Assembly (NCBI GenBank): GCA_002269645.1
Contig: NIVC01001672.1
Span: 1 to 64,000, forward strand
Origin: Macrostomum lignano
Lineage: Eukaryota
Direction of reading: 5' to 3'
Length of the DNA: 64,000 nucleotides
This document shows positions 53,470 through 64,000 of this stretch, in pieces; position 1 is the first letter of the stretch, and each line of letters begins with the position of its first letter. A program made the position numbers and the translations under genes. Under the pieces are notes generated by a model. The model did not search any database and was not told the DNA's origin. It saw only the letters and a program-made list of their open reading frames with translations.

Positions 53470-54041
53470 TGAAGTGATCTTAATTTAAGCATGTTATGCC
53501 CAATGTTATTTTTTAGTCTAATGCGAACTTCAGAAGGTTTTTCTATCAGGAAAGTACAGCACATGCTTGTGCACCAGTAAAGATCCTATTGCGTGAAGCG
53601 AACACCAATGAAATGCGTTATAGAAATCATATATATACTAGCGTTCAGTGAGAATGAAGCCTCTCTCCAGTTTTTCCCGGTTCTCGGCTCTCCGCCTCTT
53701 TGCCTCCTCAACTGCTCGCTAGCTTGCCCCAACAATCGGGCTGAACTCTAATATCCGATTTAACAGAGATAAATCGGACAAACGTCAATTCGTGCAACAA
53801 TATCGATAAGTAGCCTGTGGCTCCATTTTCACTGAATTGCTTAACAAATTTGCGTAATTGCGTGATCAATATCCTATTAGGAATTGCTACTAACATTGAT
53901 TAGTAATAAACATCTTGTTGAAGGTTAGAGATCGAGAGAAACAAATCGAACCTCCGACTTATTTGATTCAACAGCAACATCAACGATCATAGTCATCGTC
54001 AGAGGGGCACACCCCCGCAACACATTATTCTAAAACATTTG
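53470..54041 (+). repeat. 3' LTR (572 bp)
   Basis: Copy of 40680-41255. Confidence 0.95.
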
Positions 54042-56054
54042 ACTAGCCCGACGGAAGACAGTATCAACAAGACAACGGAGGGAAATGGCGACAACGAAAC
54101 ATCAACAAAAGTGAAGCCCACAGCAGTCATTTTCAACGGTCGCAAGCGCCATGTCGAAGACAAAGACGTTTCGACGCTCTGAGTATGCAGCGGGAAATGG
54201 TGGAGCTGCAGAAGGAGCCTGTCCACCTGGGCATACACCTGTTGCTAAACGCTTTATTAAGCGTTGTAAGTTCTCATTATGAGAACTGAAAAGTTTAATC
54301 ATCCGTTGACTGCTGTGTTGACAACCAACAGACATTGCAAGGGTTTCTTTATTCAGTGTTCGCTAATAGTTTAGTACTAACAGTTCATTACTAAGTACTA
54401 ACATCTTAATAGCAGCCTGATACCAGTTTTTCTCGTTTTACATACCATAATAAACAATAAAAACGATATTCGATTGTGAGCGTGAATGTCTCGATATTCT
54501 TTTCGAACTAGTCATTACGACCTAAAAATAGAAAGCAACCACTCGATCACGCTCCACAGCACCGGCGACATCTTGTTCTCCACCTTCAAATCCATCGTCG
54601 ACGATGTCCTCCACGCTCATCTCCATCACGTCAGGAACACGAATGCGACGGGCTTTGTTATGCAGGAAAATGCAGACGACAACGACCCGAGCCGAAAGAG
54701 CGGGGTCGAATTGCAAAGGCCCAGTGACTTTGTTAGACAAACAAAGGAACCAAGACTTAAGAATCCCAAATGTCCTCTCTATTGCGACACGCGTCTTTCG
54801 CAGAGCCTGATTGTATGCTCTAATTGACAGAGCCGGGGTACACATACGGCGTGAGCAGGTATGGTTTCAACGCGTAGCCACTATCACCAAGGAGCCACTT
54901 GTCACCAAACTCGCCATTTAAAATTCGTTGTTTTAGATCCGACTGATTGAAAATGAACGAATCGTTTGCTGAACCAGGAAAGCGGACAACAGCGTCCACT
55001 ATTTTTAAATCGCTGTCACACACACACTGTACGTTAATCGAGTGGTATCCTTTGCGGTTCGCGAACACATTTTCGTTTTCACTCGGAGACTTTATGGAAA
55101 TGTGGGTCCCATTAATGCAACCGAGTACCTTAGGGAACCCGGCGATGGCAGCGAACTGAACTGACACCGTCTCTCTCTGTAGCTCCGAACCGAAGCTAAT
55201 ATCCTCTCGAACTGTACTCACCAAGCAGTCGACAACTTCACGACAACTTCACGAACAATGCGACTAACAGATGGTCGAGAAACCCCAAATGACGCCTGCC
55301 GATTGCTAACCAGACATCCTGTTGCTAAGTAATTTACATGTATTGTGACACACAGCTTTACAACGGTGGGTATAGCCCGATTCCTGTGCGTTCTGGGCTC
55401 CAGATTTTGTCCCATGGTGTCCAGCAATTCCACGATAGCGCCTCTTGGAAACGGTATCGTTTCAGTAACTCGTCTGCTAAGGTGAGGGGATCGCTCCTAA
55501 AAAGTCACAGAAGACACCCCACTGTAGCGGTAGGCCTACTAACAAAAACACAGGGTAGCCCTATTGTTGTCATTAGTTGGTAATGAGGGTTATTATGTCA
55601 AAAATACTTAGTGACCAACAGAGTTCTGGCGATAAATTGGAGTAGTAGTGGATCAATTTTTGTGCTCGTATCTCCAGAAGACTCAGCAAACAAAGGAGTC
55701 ACTAAATAAAGCTTTATAAGAATCTTCACTATATAGCCACATTCTACCGTATTTTGCAACACGGACCTTACACTTTAACATGTTGCCTTTCGATAAACAT
55801 CAGCAGTTTCAGCAGTCCTACCAATGAACCGTTTTCGGAATCGAAATTACTTACGACTCCTGCGCAGGTTTAGGACTTTCTTCCCTGGCTAGTGAAGATT
55901 CACCTATGTTTTCCAAAAAACATCTGGAATTGGATAAGTTTTTTACCACAGAGGCAAACTCACTGACTACAAGGTAAAACCTATCTAAGTAAATTATTCA
56001 TGGATCGGCCTCCAAGTTTTGTAGTTTTCCGTCCCGAGTATTGAGTAGTCCCTG

Positions 56055-57000
56055 GGCGGGTGTCAGATCAGTTTCCTCTGCGCGCGAGCTCTCTGAAGGC
56101 GGCAAACAGCGTGTGACTGGTCGATCACCCCAGCGTCATCCAAGCCAGGCAATCCACGTAGCGGCGCGTCCGGCCAAAAAACCCGGCGCCAGGGTGCCCT
56201 GCATCGTGAGCAGCAAGACGTGCTGCACCAATTGAGGGCGCAGTAGTGTAGGCCTCCGCACGGATAGTGTGGCACGGCAGTTGAAGTCTTCGCCTACGTA
56301 GGGTCTCGCTAGGTGGTCGCAGCCCTGCGCGCTGGAAGAGGGCTGCGACGGAGATTGCATCCGGATATTTGATGCTGAAGACGACTCGCAGCAGGCCCGA
56401 GTGTGCTGCGACTAGCCGCTTCTTCAGAGTCTCGGTCAGCTCCCATGTCTTAGTGTTGTAGGCCAGAACGTTTCGACTACCGCCTGAAACAGCCGAGACC
56501 TCAAGCGGTCTGACAGCGCGGCGTTCTGCAGGACCACCCGGATAGAACGGAAGGCCGCCCAGGCCAGGCCTCTGCGTTGCACCAAATCCTCCTGGACAAT
56601 GGGCACTGAGTTGCTGCATGACCGTCGACGCCCCTGCAGGTGATGTTGATAGGCAGCTTCGCAGGTAAAGTCATCACAGCTCTGTCTTCTCGATGTTCAC
56701 CGCTAGCCTGACCGATCCCGCAGATGCTACAAAGCTGTTTAGCATGCGCTGGGCTCCCTCAGCCATACAGTCGAGCAGCGCCAGGTCGTCGGCGTAACCC
56801 TCTGGGGGGTGACTGAGTTGTTCTCTGGCACAGCAGGAAGCCGTCCTCATCTGTTGGCTGAATCCTCCGCAGCACCCAATAGAGAACTTTTTAGCACCTC
56901 AGAGGTCGTGTTGAACAGGTCGGACAGTACGTCAGGCGTCACCACGGCGGCTAGGGTCTCCTGGTAGAGAGCTATGGTTGCTGCGATTGGTCGCTCTGGC
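56055..57000 (-). mobile_element. Degenerate RTE fragment, counterpart of 26815-27500, extending to the RT YADD motif
   Basis: GYADDLALLD at ~56770-56800; TWELTETLKKRLVAAH...RRRRLQL...RTRRYVDCL. Confidence 0.8.
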
Positions 57001-57049
57001 ACGTGATACTGCAACTCCATCATCGAGGCTTTGCTACAGGAGGGCAGTG

Positions 57050-57678
57050 CGGAAAGACGAGTAACGAGTGCTTACCAGCCTCAGACGAATGGACAAACTG
57101 AGAGGCTAAACCAAACGTGCCTCAGCCTGCTTCGTAAGGCTTGCAACTCCCCAACTGACATTAACTGGGAACGGCACCTGGACGCAATCCAACTGGCTTA
57201 CAACAGCAGGCGCAATTCGACGACTCTGGCTTCGCCTTTCAGTGCTGTTTTTGGCTTTAAGCCTCTGCTTGGAAGCGATGCGGCGGCTGCTCTCGGCCAG
57301 CCTGCGTCGTCTCCAGCATCAGTGCAACGACGATGGCTTGTGGAAAAAGAGCAGCAGCGCGCAGCTGTGGCCTCCAGGCTGGCGGACAGAATCAAAATTT
57401 CCCAACAGCGAATGCGGGAACGTCACGCGAGGATTGCCAAGGAAGTGGAGACAATCAACCCTGGCATGCTTGTTAGACTTCGCAATTACCTTCGCGACGA
57501 TCGAAAAAGCGGAAAACTTCTGTCCATTTGGAGCGACTTGGACCTAGTGTGGAGATGCGTGGGACTAAGCGTCTACCAGTTGACTGGCCTAAAGCGCTGT
57601 GTCAATGGAGTACATCTGAAGCGATGCAGGACGCCGGCCGAACCTTTTGGTCGAATTGCTTCCCAAATATTTTGGTGA
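57050..57678 (+). mobile_element. Gypsy-type integrase C-terminal fragment (LTR element or Ginger-like)
   Basis: TSAYQPQTNGQTERLNQT, WERHLDAIQLAYNS, SPFSAVFG, GKLLSIW...VYQL...VNGVHLKR; absent from copy A. Confidence 0.75.
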
Positions 57679-58899
57679 CTTTAACTAATTGATTAAAGTC
57701 TTGCTGATATCAATTAGCTATCTAAGGCTGATCGTGCTTCTTAGAAGCTGTATTTTCTGTTAGTTAAAAATAAAAACAACAATTGTCTTGGAATTCTTCC
57801 AATTTGGTACTTATTGCTTCTTTGCTTTGAAAATATTAAACTGACAAATTGTTCATTGATCCGGACTTCACAATCAGGATATCGCAAAGAAAACCTTAGT
57901 TTTTTGGCCAGATACTTCGTATTTCAATCTGCTTGTGACTTCCGTGGGGAGAGAATGCAAGTACTCCGGAGAACGCAAAGCAGCTTGAGAAATCTGGACC
58001 GGATACTTTAAGATGCTTGGAATATCTGGGGGAGATCAGAAAGCCCTTGCAATGTCCGGTTGGAGATCAGAAAGTACTTGCACTGTCTGGGCGGATAACA
58101 CAAGACACGGATATCCGAAAGCATATCACCGGGATCTCGTCGTCAAGGACCACTAAAAGTTACCTGTACAATGGTATAACTTCTAGTGGTCATTGGACCT
58201 CGTCTTGGACCTAGCCAACAATTAAAGCATCTTAAAGCAAAGCATAAATGAGTGTATGTGAGGGTGTTTACATATACGTATAATGAATTCGTCTTGTTTA
58301 TTTATTTAATAGGTCTAAAGCATCGCTGTCTCTTGATCCATCCATATCCACTTTCGAGGTGCTGGTTGTGGCCACACACAGCGACTCCTGTATCGATATA
58401 CTAAAATGAATCCATATGAATTTGTACAACAGGTACAGGGCATAAGAATACATACATAAGTAGGCTTATGACAGAGATTCAAACTGTGCACGTCATGCAT
58501 AAAAAACTATTGATATAAAAAATGTTTTGTGAATTATCACTTCTCTTGCGCTAAAACTGTACAATAATGTATAGTTTGGCGATAATTTATTCGTTCAGCG
58601 ATATGATTACATAAAATAATTTAATATCTGTTCAAGTGAGCGCTCCAGTATGCGTTTCATTGTGAGTTGAATCGTAAGAATTCAGGTGTAAATTCGAAGT
58701 TGTGAGTGTGGAAGAAAATCGAGTATAAGATTACAATAGTTGCGATGGAGCCTAAGAAAATACTCGTATTTGGGCATTCAATAAACATTTAATTAGCGCA
58801 TGCAAGAAACAGTGAAGGAACACCGAGGTTTGTAAGCAGAGGCAGAGGAAAACGGACTACTCGTATTCATAGTAGCTATCAGCATGGATTCAACTCTGT

Positions 58900-61858
58900 C
58901 TAAACAGTGCCTTCAGAATTCTTGCCGGACTCAATTCCAGCCGTGATGTCAACCTGATTCCGTTTCACACAGCAGCAGCCGCAGATGCGGGACAGCAGCC
59001 GGTCGTACGGCGCCAGAGAACGCAGCGGCTCCGGCAGGAAGTCCCAGGTGCGCAGAAACTCTGGCAGCCAGTCGGGTCTGTGCGTCTGCAGCAAGCCAAC
59101 AACGCCAGCTAGGAGCATCGGTGCAACCAACAGGCCAAACGCGACGTAGACGGCGGCGGTATGCAGCAGCGACAGGGCGAAGAACATCAGCGGTAGCAGC
59201 AGGAATGCAAGCAGGATGTAGACGATAGCGAACCAACGATAAGCGGCGGTGGCAGCGCCGAGCTTCTTTGCCAGCGCGATCGGGACGCGTTTCAGTAATG
59301 GCACTGGCAGCCAGATCAGCACGCCGAACAAGTTGAAGAACAGGTGCACCAGCGCCGTCTGCAGGCTGGAGTCGCTGCCGGAGGCCAGAGCGGCCAGCAG
59401 GCCGGTTGTGGTGGTGCCGAGGTTCGACCCCAGCGCGAGCGGGTACATGATTTCCACCGTGATCACTCCGGTGCCAACAAGAGGAGTCAGGGCTGACGTC
59501 AGTACAGATGACGACTGGACCAGTATTGTCAGACCGGCGCCAACCAGCAGCGATATGTAGTCCATGGCGAACAGCAGGCAGCGATTCTCCGTGCGTGTCA
59601 CCCTCTCGATAGTCGTCTTGACTTTGCTCTCCAGCAGCGAGCGCAGGATTCGAACTAGGCCAACTAGGCAGCCAATCAGAGCGGCGAGCGACAAGGCCAG
59701 TAGGATGCCCCCAATGATGGCGTCCGCCCAGTGACCGGCAACTTCCATGAACATAAACTGGCCTGTTGCGTGTGGATGGTTTAAATAACAGGTATTTTGT
59801 GCGGAACTGATTAAGCAGAGATATAACGACAGTTTTGTGAATGTTGCTAAATAAAATTCGGTAGAGTAGATAAGCAGAAAGCAAAATAGGATGTCAGCCT
59901 AAGCACCGGAATGAAGTCCCAAGTAAAGTTCCGAATGCAATTAGTAGCTTGTGCTGAGCCCTTTATCCCCTGGGGAGCCCAACAAGTGACGGACCTGTAT
60001 GGGATTTCTCATCCTTTCTAGTAGACTAGAATTCCTGGTCCCTGGTTTGATTCCGTGCCAAGGACCACTGAAGTCACTTCGTTAAACTTAAGTAGCCCTT
60101 GTTCCGTTCGTAGTCCCTTTCATAACTAGGGTTTTGAATTCACAGCCAAGGACCACTGAAGTCACTTCTTAAGTAGTCCTTATTCACAGCCATGAGTACC
60201 AAGCTGTGCTCATACTCCCTAAGGAACAGACAGTGTACATCTCTTGACGATTAGAAAGTCAGGGCCGCTGTACACCCTGTGTGAGCGTGTGTATGAGTGC
60301 GTGCCTGCGTACAATACTGGGGAGCTAGTATGTCCTCAGAAGTCAACGGAACGGGCAGAACTGTCTCAGCGCTGGTTGTGGGACGATGTCGCTGGAATGC
60401 GTTGCGCCTACGGCCCTCCCCCGCAACGCACTTATACGCTCGTAAATGTTATGGCAGTCTATTTGGTGCAGTGGTTTACTCCAGTCTCCATTTGGGTGTG
60501 CTTAAGTTGACATCCTGTCCATTAAATGCTTCTGGATATTGGATTAATTGCGTGGTGGAAAATCGCGTAGAACACGCTCTCCTACATGTATACTGTTGGT
60601 AGTAAATCAAGTTTTTCTCATGCGCGTTTAAACTCACATTTCTCAAGGCAGGTACTATTTGAGGTCTTGCAGCAGACTTTAATTAGCGTACTACTGTTGC
60701 GAAGAAGCTCCGGGTCCTTCAGCAGCTTGCTGTCCAACCTAATCACCAGACCAGTGAACGGGGAAGTGATGGCTTTGAGAAAGTCGGGCGGTTTGTCCAC
60801 ATTGATGGTGCTGTTGGCGTTGCTGTTCACGATGAGGCCAGTCAGGCTGGTGAGGGCTCCGCTGGCCATCTCCAGGGGCAGCAGGACCAGCACAGTCAGC
60901 CAGTTGAACATGTCGTGCACTGTGGCACCGGCGAACGCGCGCTCGAGTTCTTCTCTGTCGCCAATCTGGCCCAGGGAGACAATCGTGTTGGTGACCGTGG
61001 TGCCGATGTTGGCCCCCATGATCATGTAAACCGAGGAGCGCAGCTCCAGGATCTGAGCACCGACCATTGTGATGATCAGCGAAGTGGAAGTTGACGAGCT
61101 CTGCACCAGGACGGTAAGCAGGACGCCCATCATCAGGCAGGCGACGGGGTTGGCGAACACGACGTTGTTGGACAGCAGCTCGCCAACCTGACGGCCACCG
61201 AGCAGGCGGAAGGCGGAGCTCATGAGGTCGAGTGAGCACACAAAGAAGTACAGGCAGAGAAGCAGAGCCAGTAGTCGTAGGACGAGCAAAGCGACTCGGA
61301 GAGCTAGCGGTCTCTTTGACTGAGTCGACTCATCGGTTGATTCATCGCTCTGCTTTGATGTTGTCGTAACTTTTTTCTCAATTGGCACTGGCTCGTCGAA
61401 TATATCGGCTTGCTTGCAGATGGTCACGGTGCTGGAACTTGTTGGGAGGGTTCATCAAAGGTTGAAACTGACTGCTTACACCTAAAATAGCTAGAGAACA
61501 GAAGCAAGCAGACCCCACAGAGACAAGGTGACCATCCAGGAGCACTAGGTTGTCGAATACTTAGATGCCAAGACTTATGGGGAATGCTGAGATGCCAAGA
61601 CTCAAGGGGAATGCTGATGATGCCAAGACTCAAGGGGAATGCTGAGATGCCAAGACTCAAGGTGGGAATGCTGAGATGCCAAGACTCAAGGGGGGAATGC
61701 TGAGATGCCAAGACTCAAGGTTGGAATGCTGAGATGCCAAGGCTCAAGGTGGGAATGCTGAGATGCCGAGGTAAAAGTTTAATTTCCGCTAAAGCCGCAT
61801 TGGCCACAACAGCAGAAAAGGACAGCACTGATGCTTACCTATCAGTCGTTGATTCCAT
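58900..61858 (-). CDS. SLC34A: Type II sodium-phosphate cotransporter, copy B (exons 61858-61839, 61437-60638, 59762-58900)
   Basis: Same motifs and exon phases as copy A; intact. Confidence 0.95.
61565..61770. repeat. ~26-28-bp minisatellite (GCTGAGATGCCAAGACTCAAGGGGAAT), expanded only in SLC34 copy B intron 1
   Basis: A single related unit is seen in copy A near 33620-33645. Confidence 0.85.
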
Positions 61859-62394
61859 TGTGGCGTTGATGAGTTGAAGGAATTTCTTGGAGCACAGATG
61901 GTCTAGCAAATGTTGGAATTAGTTCCGCTTTTTTTGATTCGAGCACAAATCCGCAGGCTGTCGCATATTTATACCCAAGCCGGACGCCAGTGCTGCTTAT
62001 CGTGTCCATTAGTGACGGGCGCACACAGGGGTTTGCTCATAAATTCTATGCAGGTAGCAATGCAATACGAATGGCAACCTGGCTAAGAGTTCAGTCACGC
62101 GGCACTCTCGTGGCCTGCGGTGCGGTTGGCCCAACACAAATTGACCACCACAATCAGCAGATCGCCTTGGTATACAGTGATTTCAAACGCATATACAAAG
62201 TTCGATCCATGTCACTGGTGGCAGCGAGGCGCGCGCAGAAAACTTGGCGAGACTTCGGAATTTTTTTCACACGCCATGATTTTTTACAAGCTAATAAGTT
62301 TTGGCGACACACCCACAGCTAGTGCAGAAACCGGAGTGCCAAGTGGTTATAGCTGGATATTGGCTTTTATGCTGCTTAAACATTATCATTTATC

Positions 62395-62835
62395 CAGTCT
62401 GTACATTATCCTGCATCCATTCTACACATTATCCTACATCCAGTTTTAACATGATCCTATATTCAGTATGTACATTATCCTATATATATTCAGTATGCAC
62501 ATTATCCTTTATACAGTATACACATTATCCTACATCCAGTATGTACATGATCCTACATCCAGTATGCACATTATCCTATATTCAGTATGTACATTATCCT
62601 ACATCCATTCTGTACATTATCCTATATCCAGTATGTACATTATCCTACTACATCCAGTATGCACATTATCCTATATTCAGTATGTACATTATCCTACTAC
62701 ATCCAGTATACACATTATCCTATATTCAGTATGTACATTATCCTACACCCAGTAAGCACATTATCATGTATCTAGTATGCACATTATCCTACGCCCAGTA
62801 TGCACATTATCCGTATATCCAGTTGAAACATTATC
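62395..62835. repeat. Degenerate ~24-bp repeat (CAGTATGTACATTATCCTACATC)
   Basis: Directly visible. Confidence 0.85.
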
Positions 62836-63270
62836 CTAAATTTAGTAACACATTTGCCAACAAATAGCCAACACATTAGCCTTTACCTCCCTTGTACATT
62901 ACCCTCAATCTAAGCACATACACCCCAAAAGGTACATGTAGCTTGAACTTTCAATAAATAAATTTGCAAGCAGAGACAAATAAAATAAATTACCATTCGC
63001 ACCTTCAGCCCCGTATTATTATACTTAAATCTTGTTTTCTAAACATGTGTACCCAGTTGGAGTTTAGTCAGAAACAGGAAAATTGTGTTATTTATTGCCA
63101 GAAAAATAATTGCAGACCTACTCGTATTGCGCGCAGTTTCCACAGAGTATTTTTCGCTGGCCTGGCACTTTACGATTGAAAAGCACAACAATTAAGCGAA
63201 ACAATTCTTACCTTGCAGATTTTTATGACCAAAGAAATATTGTATTAACTTTAATTAATTTGCCTACATC

Positions 63271-64000
63271 GCATTAGCTTACATCAGGCATCACATTAGC
63301 CTACATCAGGCATCACATTAGCCTACATCAGGCATCACATTAGACTATATCAGGCATCACATTAGACTACGTCAGGCATCACATTAGACTATATCAGGCA
63401 TCACACTAGACTACATCAGGCATCACACTAGACTACGTCAGGCATCACATTAGCCTACATCAGGCATCACATTAGACTATATCAGGCATCACATTAGACT
63501 ACATCAGGCATCACATTAGACTACATCAGGCATCACACTAGACTACATCAGGCATCACATTAGACTACATCAGGCATCACATTAGCCTACATCAGGCATC
63601 ACATTAGACTATATCAGGCATCACATTAGACTACATCAGGCATCACATTAGACTATATCAGGCATCACATTAGACTACATCAGGCATCACATTAGCCTAC
63701 ATCAGGCATCACATTAGCCTACATCAGGCATCACATTAGCTTACATCAGGCATCACATTAGCCTACATCAGGCATCACATTAGCTTACATCAGGCATCAC
63801 ATTAGACTACATCAGGCATCACATTAGACTATATCAGGCATCACATTAGACTACATCAGGCATCACATTAGCCTACATCAGGCATCACATTAGCCTACAT
63901 CAGGCATCACATTAGCTTACATCAGGCATCACATTAGCCTACATCAGGCATCACATTTGCCTACATCAGGCATCACATTAGCTTACATCAGGCATCACAT
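63271..64000. repeat. 22-bp satellite (ACATCAGGCATCACATTAG[A/C]CT), truncated by the window end
   Basis: Same unit as 34107-34781. Confidence 0.96.

Larger units (their letters stand above)
40680..54041 (+). mobile_element. Intact Ty3/Gypsy-type LTR retroelement (13.36 kb) with an in-frame internal envelope
   Basis: Near-identical LTRs, TSD ACTAG (40675-40679, 54042-54046), PBS, PPT, uninterrupted 8.56-kb ORF with PR-RT-RH-IN order. Confidence 0.96.
40190..55450. mobile_element. Decayed PIF/Harbinger transposon: Myb/SANT-like ORF (+, from 40190) and DDE transposase (-, 55433-54522), split by the LTR element
   Basis: KRRPNFS...KKKLLETIATVVSA..RSPEECRKK (Myb/SANT-like); FGVSRPSVSRIV, FPKVLGCINGTH (catalytic D mutated to N), RKGYHSINVQ, LLGDSGY, IERTFGILK, LHN (HARBI1-like). 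TIRs not identified. Confidence 0.85.
55534..64000. repeat. Segmental duplication copy B (SLC34 unit), running off the window end
   Basis: Collinear with 25900-34781 apart from insertions and one micro-inversion. Confidence 0.9.

Overview
Eukaryotic (animal) genomic DNA: GC-rich exons separated by AT-rich, minisatellite-laden introns. The RTE family and TTAGGG tracts suggest an invertebrate such as a Macrostomum-like flatworm; this is an inference only. Host genes, all on the minus strand: an unidentified 3-exon gene (983-2385); a ZDHHC9/14/18-type palmitoyltransferase containing a textbook U12 AT-AC intron; SNX8; and two intact tandem-duplicated SLC34 Na/Pi cotransporters (31184-33755, 58900-61858). 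Between the SLC34 copies lies a ~21 kb nested transposon stack: Crypton-like tyrosine-recombinase elements and a decayed Harbinger, into which a young, intact 13.4 kb Ty3/Gypsy LTR element has inserted. That element is the standout. Its single 2852-aa ORF reads Gag - internal signal peptide - herpesvirus-gB-like (class III) fusion glycoprotein with mucin insert and furin site - TM anchor - late-domain-like tail - PR - RT - RNaseH - IN. The envelope is thus embedded in-frame between gag and pol, not downstream of pol. The rest of the window holds LINE/RTE fragments, hAT MITEs with 8-bp TSDs and many tandem repeats. Family calls come from motif recognition by eye; no searches were run.
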